Shown piece by piece: positions 50,329 through 62,142 of a DNA stretch of 64,000 nucleotides. The DNA comes from Candidatus Bathyarchaeota archaeon (GTDB lineage Archaea > Thermoproteota > Bathyarchaeia > 40CM-2-53-6). The stretch covers positions 208,489 to 272,488 of the forward strand of contig CAWIHH010000004.1 of the NCBI GenBank assembly GCA_963835925.1. Direction: 5' to 3'. The notes under the pieces are model-generated. The model was not told the DNA's origin. It was given only the letters and a program-made list of their open reading frames with translations, and searched no databases. The position numbers were made by a program, and so were the translations under genes. Within the stretch, counting starts at the first letter, position 1. Each line of letters opens with the position of its first letter.

Positions 50329-52553
50329 TCAATTGGTAGTCAACGTGAATTGTGTTGTGTGACTCTTTCCTCCACCGGTCGCGGTCACCGTAATTGTGTA
50401 CGGGCCTTTTGGCGTTGAAGATGAGGTGGTGATTGTTAATGCGCTGGAGTATGATGGATCAGCCGACGTGTGGTTAAAGCTGCACGAAGCCCCTGAAGGA
50501 AGACCTGAACAAGACAAGCCTACCGATTGTGTGGAACCGCTTGTCAAGGTGACCGTGATCTTGTTGGCGCCAGAGCTACCATGAGTAACCGTAACCCCAC
50601 CGCTATTCGACACCGAAAAATCAAATGGCGCCGCAGTTACAATGATCTGCTTCGCCTGTTGCCCGATCGGCGTAGCAACAGTTCGCATCCCAAGCAATTG
50701 ATGCACTTCACTAACCAGCTTATGCAATTCTTGAATAACGCTGGTCAAGAACATGCTGAACGTGTCTGTCTGACTCACGGTAACAGTTCCGCCACTCGTC
50801 GTAGTGCTGAACACTGTACTCATACTCGTACTCATTGCGGTCACTGTGCCAATGGCTGTTACCGCAGTCTGAACATTAAGCACCCCAGTTGAGAGAGTAG
50901 TCCAACTTGTAGATGTACTCGTGGTCTGAATCATTGTGAAGGTGGTAGTACTCGTCCCAGGTACCAAACCGGTAGTCGTAGTCGTCGTTGTTGTTGTACC
51001 AGTAACCGCCGGCTTCTGCGTAGTTGCCGAAAGCGTACTAGTAGTAATCACAGACGACATTATGGTCGAAGTAACGCTCGTAGAACTAGTGGTATTGGAG
51101 ATAGATGTCGTTGAAATAGAAACAGTCGTAGTCACAGTAGGGTACTCGGTCGCTGTAATTGTCAATATCGATGACGAAAAACCGTTCGTAGCGATCTGCA
51201 AGCTGCCTGCTCCACCTATCGAACCGCCGAAAGGTATGTACCAGATAGCTAGCGTGACCTCATAGGCGCCTGCGATCTCCCCGCCGTCGATGCTGAATTG
51301 ACGAGCGTATGTGGCGGTTCCGCTTGAGATGCTGAGACCATAGACATCATTCGGTTGATTGCTGTATAATGCGCCGTTAGATGACCGTATGCTCATTCCA
51401 AGTCCTAGATTCGTTGTTGAATGCGAAAAGGAGGAAACGCTGTACAACTGAAGGTTTGCCTTCAAGGTCTGGCCATAATTGACTGAATTCGCGGACAGAG
51501 CGTAGCAAGATTGCGACGCTAAACAATCCCCAACAGATACAAGGTAGTTTGTCCAAAACTCTCCAGTTCCGAGGCTAGAAGCTAAGCCTACAGCAACATT
51601 GAGGTAGTATGGATTGTCTATGACGACGTTGATCAAGTTACCAGATAAGTTTGTGCCCAAATAGAACCCGTTTGTTGATCTTCCGACAAATATCTGATCA
51701 TTCCAGAAATTAGTTTGAGTAAACGCGGGTAACTGACTGATGTCGGATTCCTGAGTACAATCGTCTTGGATGCAAGTGGATTCCTGTATGAAGTCCGCCG
51801 ACGAAAACGTTGACGGAATACAATTGAGAGAGCATGTTTCGCTGAAGCTGGAGGACGCCCCCGTGGTGACATCCTTCATGAAAAAGTTCCACACTTGTGG
51901 ACCAGGGCTGCCTTGTCCACCAAATGATACCTTTGCGTAAATTGTGTCACCTGGAGATATTCCGCCGGACAGCTTGAACACGGTCTCGAAATTCGGAAGC
52001 ATCTCCCACCAGGTGCTAAACAGTTTCGCGCCACTCGAAGCAACATCCTCTTCAGTGCCCATCTGGACTAGATCTCCGGCCGGATTATTTCCCCCGATTC
52101 CAATCCAGGTTGAAGAATACTCGTCTGACAAACTCGTACTGGCAACATTCGGAACTGTCCATTGCCCGATAACTTGGGTAACTCCAGAATTTGCGTTAGA
52201 ATCCGGGCATTGAGTGCCCGAGACGCCGCCTACACAGTAGACGAAACCTGCCCAATTCCAAGTTTCAACAGTTGTCACTCCTACGGCTGCTGCTGGCGGA
52301 GCCGCATAGGAAAGGCTGCATGTTGTGCAAAGAAGTGCACCACGTTGCGACAGTATCTGTCGAATCGGACAAGGAAACCACATTGCGTAAAGCACTGCGA
52401 TCATCTGCAAAGCCAATAGAAGAACCGAGGTTCACTTGCCCTGGCGCACCGCGGGATAGTCGAAGGCAAAGCGATGACGTACGCGAAAAGCGCAGGCGAT
52501 AGAAGCACATAGAGAAGAGAGAAGAAAACAAAGACTGCACGTTTGTTCACCAT
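50329..52553 (-). CDS. Secreted G1-family glutamic peptidase with Thr-rich linker and C-terminal Ig-like domain (N-terminal frameshifts)
   Basis: NWAG, WIGIGG, LVQMGTE and SADFIQE (Gln/Glu dyad); signal peptide MVNKRAVFVFF in a shifted frame. Confidence 0.8.
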
Positions 52554-52770
52554 TCGAGCAACCACACTAACCTGTCGAGCGCCCCTTCGCCATTCAACGC
52601 TCACGCAAAACTGAAAGAGGGTAATTTAGCCCATCGAGCCGCATGTACAATTAGCTGTGAAGAATCAGGAACGCGAGTTCATAACTATACCAGCAAATAG
52701 CAATGTTCAGGGAAGATGCCCAGCCTTACGATGCATAAGCGCGTGCCCGTTGCTGACGATCAAGATAGCT

Positions 52771-53181
52771 CTAGCCGGGTTGCCAAATAACAACCAAGAT
52801 AGTGCCAATAAGACAATATTGGGGTTGCCCGCTGCAGGTTCCGGTTGAACCACCAAAGGCAGCACCATAAACCGTTATCCTCTGTCCATTTGCAGGTTTT
52901 GGTACACCATTCGCAAAATTCAGGAAATAAGTTCCAGTTTGGGTCCTAGGAGAGGTGACGATAAGCACGTAACTAGCTGAGCATGTTGAAGTAGGTTGCG
53001 GGCATCCAGAAACGCTCACGGTCCCAGTCCAGCTAGTCGGAACAGCCGTAGCCACAATGCCCGGAGAAGACCAGGTAATGTTAGATATTGTCGCTCGCGA
53101 ACTCCAAACGATAACCACGATAGCAAGGAACACTAATACAATTGCCACAATCGACATTTTGCCACGTGATTTGAGAGTCAT
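52771..53181 (-). CDS. Small secreted/membrane-anchored hypothetical protein
   Basis: N-terminal TM (IVAIVLVFLAIVVIVW), two Cys pairs, beta-strand-rich body. Confidence 0.55.
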   Translation of the reverse strand: MTLKSRGKMSIVAIVLVFLAIVVIVWSSRATISNITWSSPGIVATAVPTSWTGTVSVSGCPQPTSTCSASYVLIVTSPRTQTGTYFLNFANGVPKPANGQRITVYGAAFGGSTGTCSGQPQYCLIGTILVVIWQPG

Positions 53182-53285
53182 CACTGTGTCCCCGCCAGAA
53201 ATTGCAACCCTAGGACAAGTTCCCGAATACCGAGAGACGCCAAATTTGAGAATAACCCAAAGGTGTCGGGGCCCGGTCTGGGGCA

Positions 53286-56193
53286 TCACTGTTGAAAGAG
53301 TGTTCTATCCTGTTGTTTGAGGGGTTTCCTGTCGTGTCGGCGTCTTCTCGTGACCTTAATTGCCGCTAGACCGGTGAGTATCCCGATCAACACTGATTCG
53401 ATGGGGAAACCGGGTACGCCGAGTGGAAGTTGGGGGGTATACATGGCAGTGTATTCTGAAGGAGCGGTTACAGTGATTGGTGTTGCTAGGTTCGAACCTG
53501 TGGAGTCACGCCAACTGACAAATTGGAAGAACGTCATAATGGTCTGGTTGGCCGTCGGGGCCAGTGTCTGACTTTGATTATACCAAGACGAATATGGTTG
53601 GATGGGGGTGATCCGGTAATTTTGATTATTGACGTTTACTGTGACGTATGTAGAGTTCGGAAGGCCAGCGACTTTGAATGTGATTTGGTATTGGGTCACC
53701 CACTGTGCCACCACGTTAGTGGGTTTGTTGGCGGTCATGTTGAAATTGGGGCTAGTGTCAGAGATGTCACCTGCCCACCCTGTGAATATTCGACGCGTTT
53801 TGTTATTGTAATCAATTTCAGGTTGAATTGAAACTTGCGCCAAAGACCCAGCATCATGCCACCCTGATCCCTGAGGTGTGCCATAGGACGACACAGCTTG
53901 GATCAAGTATTGAATCTTCCAAAGAGCCTGCAGTCTTGCGGGTGAATTTACTGGAAACTGTAACGTTGGGGCTTGAGCTAGAGAGGTCCCATTCCAACCA
54001 GTGAATACATCTCTGGTACGGTTTGAGAATTCAACGAACGGCTGTACAGTTACATTAGCGGTTGTTCCGGCATTGTACCATCCGGCGCCGGAAGGCGATC
54101 CGGTTGGGGAAAGTATTGTTACGTAGTATTGCCGTATCCAATTTGCTTGGAGGGTGAATGGTTTGGCCATGGGGATGGAGAGGGAGGGCACGTTTGAGCT
54201 GTAGTCGCCGGACCAACTCGTGAATAGGAGTCTGGACCAGTTCGGTATCATGCCCGAGGTGGCGTTGGCGGTGACCGTCGCGATGCTGTTCGCAGCATAC
54301 CAGCCGCCGGGCGTTGTTGATCCTCCGTTCTGGTTTACTGAGAGAAGATATTGGGTCGAATACACTGCTTGAATTGCCATGTTCGAGGTTACTGTGAGCT
54401 GCCGTGGGTTCGATGCGCTTCCATCCGCCCAACCCGTGAATGCTTGCCGCACGCCCAGTGACGCGTTGACCAGGGATTGGATTTGCACCGTGACCTGTCC
54501 AGTTGGAACACTTGCTACCAATTGGGTTGAAGTGAAATTGTACCTGACGCCGTTGATCAGCACCCAGATGTTGCCCAAGGATGCGATGTTCACGGGTATG
54601 TTGATGGAGAGTGTGGGTCCAACGTTCACGTTGAACGACGCGACGTTGTTCGCTCTGCTCGGTTCATTTATCGTGTGACCAGGGTCCAGGGTTACTTGGA
54701 AGACGTGGCTTCCAACAGTGGAAATCCAAGTGAAGGTGATCTGCGTTGAGGAACCTGCACCCACGTTCGAGACCTGGAGATTCGTGAACATCTGTCCGTC
54801 GAGCATGACTTGGACGGGAACGTTGGTTGCCGCCATGGTGCCGACGTTCGAGATTTGGATACTGATTGTAACTGTCGTGTTCGAGTTGATTATGACTGGG
54901 GGTTGCGCGTTAATGCCAGTTATGGCGAGTTGAATGAACGGCTGGGTCTGGTTTTGGTTCGGGGGCGGAGGAGGTTGACCACCACCCCTATTCACGGTGA
55001 CTCGGTACGAGTTCCCGTTCTGGCTTGTCACCGTTACAGCCACATCGTTCGGTCTGTCTGTGAACGTTTGTCCCACGGTCCAAACAGCATCGTTCAAATT
55101 GGAAACGCTGGGATGACCGTCTATCACGTGCACTTTGCCGACAACCTGATTCTCATCTACAAACGTGATTAGGACGCCGACGGCGGGAAGGGCTGTGTCG
55201 AAGCCAATCTGTGCTCTCACTTCAACCAGGTAATATTCGGTTGAGATAGCGAGCGGTATCTTGATCGCGTGAATGTTATTTGACGCAATTTCTGTCGGGT
55301 CAACTGTATAGGTGGAGGTTGTTCCATCTTGGGCGGCGGTTAGTGTGGGGCCGCTGATGTACCCGAGCTGGATTTTCCCCCACGCTGTCATGTGGGCGGG
55401 GCTTGATCCTGCCGGATTTCCGTTCCATGCTCCTTTATCCATCAGTTCCCATGGGCCGAGAATCGATTTGCCCGTGTTAGTGTCATACAAGTCAGGCAGA
55501 CCGAGATCGTGACCGAATTCAAGGCAGTATACGCCCCCTGGGGAGGCTCCACTCGTCCTCCAGTTCCGGAACGATACTAAACAGTGTGATGCTTTTCGTT
55601 GTGGTTTTGATATAAAGGCCGCTCATGTACGTGACCGACCAAACGTCGTTCGTCACTCCGCTTGATTCTTGGCCGTAGCCGGAATGGATGAAGATGAAAT
55701 AATCATATTTGCTGAAGTCAACGTCCTTCTGCGCTAATATTGCGGCGTCTTGGGCAAGTTGCCATGACTGGTCCTGCCCACTGCAGTCGGAGGAGTCGAT
55801 CCCGTTGCAGTCCATTCCGTAATGGGATTCGGGATACGGCAGCGTGTACCACCCGTATACGTCCCCTTGAACAGTCAACGCCCCATAGGACAATTCGTGG
55901 TAGTACGAGCCGACCGCTCCAAACCAATTCTGTTTTACTTGTGAGATGGTCAAACTGGAGTTAATGTCCGGGAACATTGCCGCGATCACAAGAACCCGTA
56001 TGACCCCCGAGACGGGGCTGAATTGAGGCTGTGCGTAACCGATGGCAGGGAGCGGCAGTGAGGGCGTCAAGAGAGGCACGTACGCTTTCGTGGAATGAAC
56101 TCCGCTCGCGTTCACGCTCGATGATATGTTAGGCACAATTAAGATTAGGAAAAATAGGACAAACACAATTCTCGAGACTGATCTTAGGCGCAT
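53286..56193 (-). CDS. M6 (immune inhibitor A-like) metalloprotease with CARDB and repeat domains and PGF-CTERM-like anchor (frameshift ~55550)
   Basis: YY.ELSYG, FIFIHSG.GQE, xEFGHDLGLPDLYD, WELMDKGAWNG, EYYLVE.R; C-terminal VPGFPIES-TM-RRRR. Confidence 0.85.
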
Positions 56194-56512
56194 TTTCACG
56201 CAACCAAACTTCAAGGGAGTTTTGAAAAGTTCTGATAAAGTGTTTAGACGCACGGAAGACTAAACGTTCAGCGACCCCGAACGATTCGAATTAACAACAA
56301 TCATACAACGTTACCGCACACGAGTCGCTTCATTGCGAAATTCGACCAAATCGTGTCAGAACGCTGTTGAACGGACGTTCTAGACTATCCTTGCTCGTCG
56401 CAACACTCTGGGTCCGCACCCATTGACTGGACGGTTCGCGAGCTGTGAATGAAGTTTTTCAGGTGCACTGAATACTTTTCGGCGTACACCTTGCAGGCGC
56501 CTCGGATGATAA

Positions 56513-57111
56513 TTAGGTCGGAACCGGTGACGGCGTTGGGTGAAGTTCCGGGAATCTGGATTTGATCTTCTGTTCTGCGAGAGTGTCTGCTTCTTGCATT
56601 ATCTTGTCAGCTTCAGCAGTATGGATACTTGCCGGCGCCATGCTCTCGGTGACGTCGCCCCGTTGAGCACTATACCTTCAAGAGTTTCGTTGATTTGAGT
56701 CAACTCGAATGAGACGTTGGGCATCATATGTTGAATCTGCTGGCCAACAGTGGAAACGACGCTTTTGATGGGGTGGATTAGGTAGGAGATGTCACCCATC
56801 ATTTCAGCCGTTTCAAGTTTGAAGATTAGTTGATCCAAAGCCAGTTCTGAATTCAGTGTGATCTTCGCCAACTTCCTTACTTCGGCGCATTCCTCAGCGT
56901 AGAGGTTGGCTCTGGGCATATCGCCTGCTGCGCGGCATGCGACGCATTTGTCGAAGAACTCCTTGTCACGCCGTTGCATCATGAGACTCATAGATTCGAT
57001 CTTGTTGCGCTGAGTGCGAATACGATAGATCACAACTGCCAATTGTTCTTTGAGGGGTCGCTGGTGAATACCCAGCTTACCCTCCAGTCTGGAAGCGAAT
57101 GAAGATGACAT
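56513..57111 (-). CDS. cdvB: ESCRT-III / Snf7 family protein, CdvB-like (frameshift ~56660)
   Basis: RDKEFFDKCV...RANLYAEECAEVRK; C-terminal EADKIMQEA...FPEL in a shifted frame. Confidence 0.8.
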
Positions 57112-57417
57112 TTGAAACCGAACAATCACTCTACAAGCAGGATACCAACTTTGCGCGCACCTTCACTGCCAAAACACTTCCTCGCAGGACGCTTACGTGG
57201 CGCAATATTGTCAGACCTCAGCACACGGCCAAGTCAAGTACTCTCTAGGCACGCGAGAAAATTGTGCAGAGGTTGCCCCGATTATCGGGTACACAGGATT
57301 TGGAGACGGGCATAGGATTTCGAACCACATCTATCGATAAACATTACGAGACAGAGGACTGGTCCGTCTCAGATCGTTTGATAGACGTTCATATTGCATT
57401 CTGTCTTTACTCGTTTC

Positions 57418-58640
57418 TTAGCCAGTTAGGTTAATGCCAGCCGCTGGATCGTACGAGCCTACCGTAGCGAAGTCGTATCCCGTACCACTCTTCACAACTC
57501 GATATAGAGAGAATGCTACCTCGGTGATGTCTCCTTGCGCAGTTCATGGCAAGATAGCCTGACGGACCCACGTAGTGCAGACTCACCGGGACCATCTGAG
57601 CTGCAATTTGCGTACCATTGTATGCTCCCGCTTTTGCAATCGCCATCATGGCCATCGTCGCTGCATCATAGCTCTGACTCGTGTAGAGACCGGCATCGTA
57701 ACCAAAAGCCTTCTTGAACGAATTGGCAAAGCGAACATAAGTCGACGTGCCTTGTTGAGACACTGCAGTAGGGCCCGTAAAATTTGTAAGAGCCATATAC
57801 CTTGCCGCCAAGGGATCTTTGAAGAATGAAGGGTCACGGTTCTCTCTGGAGCCTACAGCTGGAACGTTTCCAAGGCCCAGATTGAGGGCGTCCTTGAAAA
57901 CGACTATCCCATCATCGACAAATTCCTCGTAGAATATTACATCCGGCTTGGCTGCTTTGACCTGCTGCATCTCGGTGCTGTAATCACTTTGACCGGCCTG
58001 GGTTAAGACTGTCACGACAATTTTGCTTCCGAGCAGAGATTGGAGGCTCTTTGCCAGCCCTTGCCCAAACGCGTCGTTCCTAGTAACGATCGCTACTCTC
58101 TGGTAACCTCTAGCGTTTATCAAAGCCGAAACGGCCTGCGTCTGGAGATTATCACTCGCAGAGGTCCTGAAGACGAATGGACTGAGCCCACTGAGCTCGC
58201 CGGCCGTGGCCGAAGGAGTCACCAGAAGTATGTGGTTGGAGTTTATGTAGTTGGTTATGGTCAGCACTTGTTGGGTCGTCGCGGGTCCTATGATTACTTG
58301 AACACCGTTGACCGAATAGAGCGTTTGAACAGCTTGTAGGGCCTGTTGAGGATCAGTCTGAACATCCTCGATGAATAGTTGCACTGGTTGTCCGCCAATG
58401 CCTCCAGTCGCGTTGACTTCCATCGCAGCGAGTCTGACCGCGTCCGTCATGCCTTTGCCGGGGCCGGCTAAAGCGCCGCTTAGAGGCATCAAAACGCCAA
58501 TCTTGATTGGAGATGTAAATCTGGCCGCCGGCATTGGAGTTGACGTGGTTCGAGTGAGAGCGGGCGATGGCTACGTACATGCCCGACGCAACCAAAAGCC
58601 CAACGATAATCATCCCGGCAATTGCATACGATGTTTTCAT
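57418..58640 (-). CDS. livK: Liv/HAAT-family ABC substrate-binding protein (frameshifts ~58560 and ~57540)
   Basis: IKIGVLMPLSG, IIGP, FVFRT, YDA; N-terminal TM anchor in a shifted frame. Confidence 0.85.
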
Positions 58641-58796
58641 TGAAATTTCTTGCTCCTTACACTACGTCGACCTGAAAGATCTATCATGGAGAAATCGAAA
58701 TGTTTGTGGCCGGATAAATATTCCGTGACAAACGTACATATTAGTACGTGGAGACGGGGTAATTGATATTCAGCGACGAAATGTACAAATCAGTAC

Positions 58797-59732
58797 GTGG
58801 CAAAAATGGCGATAGCAGATCTTCTACCACAACTATTGTTCAACTCAATTCTTAACGGAAGCGTCTTCGCCCTAGCGACTGTTGGTTTCTCGCTGACCTA
58901 TTCAATCTTGAAGTTCCCGAATATTGCACAAGCCGCGTTCATAACGTTCGGCGCCTACTTCGCTTACACAATATCTACGGTCTGGAGTTTAGGGTTCGTG
59001 CTGGGCATCCTAGCAGGTTTTCTCGCAACAGGTATCCTAGGAGCACTTTCCTATGTAGCAGTCTTCCGCCCTCTTGGGAAAAAAGTTACAGGATTCGTAG
59101 CGCCAACTGTAGCCGCAGTGGGATATGGGTTAGCGCTAACCTTCATCATGCAACAGATCTGGGGCAGAGATCATCTACTATTCTCAATAATCTTCGAATC
59201 GTTCTCTGCGGGATCAATCAGAACAAACTGGCTATGGAACGTCACAATCATCTTTACACTAATCGTGATTGTTGCCATGCATTACTTGTTGACAAGAACC
59301 AAGTTCGGTGCAGCGATGCGAGGAACGTCCAGTAATCCAGACTTGGTGCGCGCATCTGGCATTCACGTCGACCGAGTGATAATCCTTGTCTGGTTTCTCG
59401 GGTCGGCCTTGGCGGGGGCATCGGGAGTATTTTTAGCAGGACAAAATGGCGTAACGCCGGTTCTAGGCTCCAATATGCTTGTCACAGTCATCGCTGTGGC
59501 AATTTTTGCAGGCATTGGCAGCTTCTACGGCGTGATAGCGGCCGCGTACATACTGAGCTTCGCAATGAATCTCAGTATTCCCATTTTACTCGCTATCGGG
59601 CAGCCCTCGTTCTACAGCATAGCGGTTGCCTACGCAGTTGTGATAGCTACTCTATTGTTCTTCCCACGTGGGATCTCTGGTACTGGGCCAAAGGTGGAAA
59701 GACTTGTTGCAAGGATGAAAAAAGTTGTATGA
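58797..59732 (+). CDS. livH: Branched-chain amino acid ABC permease
   Basis: ALATVGFSL...NIAQ, TKFGAAMR, GIGSF.G. Confidence 0.9.
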   Translation: MAKMAIADLLPQLLFNSILNGSVFALATVGFSLTYSILKFPNIAQAAFITFGAYFAYTISTVWSLGFVLGILAGFLATGILGALSYVAVFRPLGKKVTGFVAPTVAAVGYGLALTFIMQQIWGRDHLLFSIIFESFSAGSIRTNWLWNVTIIFTLIVIVAMHYLLTRTKFGAAMRGTSSNPDLVRASGIHVDRVIILVWFLGSALAGASGVFLAGQNGVTPVLGSNMLVTVIAVAIFAGIGSFYGVIAAAYILSFAMNLSIPILLAIGQPSFYSIAVAYAVVIATLLFFPRGISGTGPKVERLVARMKKVV

Positions 59733-60643
59733 GCTGATCACGTTTCTAGGGGACTCGGCAGTAATAATTTTCATCTTCGCCACTTTGTCACTTAGTGCGA
59801 ACCTTCAATATGGTTGCACGGGCATTTTCAATTTCGGAATCGTTGCGTTCTTCATGATAGGCGCCTACACGTCATCCTTTCTTTCGCTGGCCGGATTTCC
59901 ATTTGCGTTGGCATTGACAACCGCCGCACTACTGTCAGGCGTAGCAGGTTACCTCATCTCCTTACCAGCCCTCAACCTGCGAGGAGACTTCCTATCACTC
60001 GCAACCTTCATGTTCGCTGAAATCATCAGGCTACTTGGTATTGAATATTCCGTCTCTCGGCGGGGCCGTTGGCATAGCAAGAGTCCCATCCGCCTTCCCA
60101 TTCATCACGAGCTATAGCGACCAAGTCATTGCGAACATCGCACTTTCACTGGCAGTGTTCCTTGCTTTCTGTGCAGTTTACGAGGTGATGATGGTTTCCC
60201 CATACGGTCGCGTATTGAAATGTATCAGAGAAAATGAATTGCTTGCAGAGTCGCTTGGGAAAAACACGTTTCGCTATAAGGCACAGGTATTCGTCATCGG
60301 ATCGATCGTAGCAGGGACGGCTGGGGCTATTTACTCTCAGTATCTTGGTTTTGCTGGAACTGAATTGTTCACCTACTCGGTAACGTTCACAGTTTACGTA
60401 ATGAGCATAATGGGAGGCTCATCCACTCGCCTAGGCGCACTTGTGGGCGCTTTCATCTACCTTTCAATACAGGATCTCCTCCGCATTGCAAAGAACTGGA
60501 TTGCGATTCCAATTGACCCAAACAATCTGGCTTTCATTCTCTTTGGATTCGCCACAGTGCTAATTCTCTATTTTCGCCCAGAAGGTATCGTGCGGGAGAA
60601 ACTCCGACAGGTGAGGCCGAATAGTGAAAAGCTTGGAGCTTAA
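59725..60643 (+). CDS. livM: Branched-chain amino acid ABC permease (frameshift ~60040)
   Basis: NLQYG.TG.FNFG, LRGDFL, SPYGRVL..IRENE, FRPEGI. Confidence 0.85.
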
Positions 60644-61383
60644 GGGAATTAGCAAAAGCTTCGGTGGACTCGTGGCAGTCAATAATCTGGAAATTGACCT
60701 AGAGGATGAGAGCATGTGCGGCCTCATAGGTCCGAACGGAAGCGGGAAGACTACGCTCTTCAACGTAATCTCGGGTTTCGTCAAACCGGACAAGGGCCAA
60801 GTAGTTTTCAACGGTTTGGACATAACCGGGCTTAGACCCCACGAAATTTTCCAAAGAGGAATCTACAGAACCTTCCAATCTCCCCAAATTGTACCACGCC
60901 TTTCGGTACTTGAAAATGTGTTACTTGCAGGCAGGGGCCAAGTCGGAGAAGGACTACTGCCCGCGGTACTGAAGAGGAAGCAATGGCATGAAAAGGAAGC
61001 GCAGCTCATTGAAAGAGCCTACGAAAACCTTAGATTCCTAAATATTGAAAAAGCCGCCAATGAATCACCCGAAACACTCTCCGGGGGGCAGCTTAAGCTG
61101 CTTGAAGTGGCAAGGGCGCTAATGTCGGATGCCGAACTTGTTATTACTCGATGAACCTGCAGCCGGAGTCAATCCCACTCTGGCGGCGAATATCCTCGAC
61201 TTTCTGGAAGACGTTCGCAAGGAGAGGGGAGCAACGGTGTTTATTATTGAACACAAAATGGAGCTGCTCCTCAGCAGAGTTAGTCATGTCTTCGTCATGA
61301 ACAAGGGAAGCCTTCTCTTCCAAGGTTCACCTGATAAAGTTGCGGATGAGCAGGCAGTAGTCGAAGCCTACCTGGGGGGCTGA
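60624..61383 (+). CDS. livG: Branched-chain amino acid ABC ATPase (frameshift ~61140)
   Basis: GPNGSGKTT, RTFQ, LSGGQ, LLDEPAAG, IEH, EAYLG. Confidence 0.88.
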
Positions 61384-61388
61384 GGCCC

Positions 61389-62123
61389 ATGCATCTCCAA
61401 GTAGATCAAGTCTCTTCCGGCTACGGAAAATCAATCGTTGTCGACAACGTAACAATGGGTCTCGATGGCGGTCAAACAGTTGCAATTATTGGCGCAAATG
61501 GTTCGGGCAAATCCACACTCGTGAAGACCATCATGGGACTAATCAAACCATTCTCTGGAACTATAACGTTCAACGGAACAGACATAACGGCCCTGGAAGT
61601 CGACGGGATCAACAGAATGGGCATAGGGTACGTTCCCCAAGTTCAAAACGTGTTTCCAAATCTCAGCGTAAACGAAAACCTCAGAATAGGCGGTTACTAT
61701 CTCTCAAGAGGCCCACTACAATCCAAAATTAGAGAGATGTTTTCGATTTTTCCAGAACTTGAAGGGTACGCTGAATCCAAAGTTGAGCAACTTAGCGGCG
61801 GAGAGAGACAAATGGTTGCCTTCGCCCGATCATTGATGACAACCCCTAAGGTTCTTCTCCTTGATGAACCGACAGCAGGACTGGCACCAATAGCAGTTGA
61901 CAAAGTTATGAAGAAAATCGAGTCGATCGAAAAATTAGGCGTGTCGGTCCTTATGGTTGAGCAGAATGCTAGGAAAGCGCTTGAGTTCTGTGATTACGTC
62001 TACGTCATGCTTTCAGGCAGAATAGCCAAGGAGGGAACCAGTCGAATCATTCAGCAAGACCGAGAACCTCGGTCGGATGCTTCTCGGTGTGAGATGATAA
62101 GGAAATATACAATGACCCGCTAA
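61389..62123 (+). CDS. livF: Branched-chain amino acid ABC ATPase
   Basis: GANGSGKST, LSGGERQM, LLDEP, VEQNA; the true end may be ~62097 after a late frameshift. Confidence 0.9.
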   Translation: MHLQVDQVSSGYGKSIVVDNVTMGLDGGQTVAIIGANGSGKSTLVKTIMGLIKPFSGTITFNGTDITALEVDGINRMGIGYVPQVQNVFPNLSVNENLRIGGYYLSRGPLQSKIREMFSIFPELEGYAESKVEQLSGGERQMVAFARSLMTTPKVLLLDEPTAGLAPIAVDKVMKKIESIEKLGVSVLMVEQNARKALEFCDYVYVMLSGRIAKEGTSRIIQQDREPRSDASRCEMIRKYTMTR

Positions 62124-62142
62124 CCATATTCAAGCGGTCCGG

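Noticed and set aside
50936-51265. Val-rich plus-strand ORF
   Set aside because: Antisense shadow of the Thr-rich linker in the G1 peptidase
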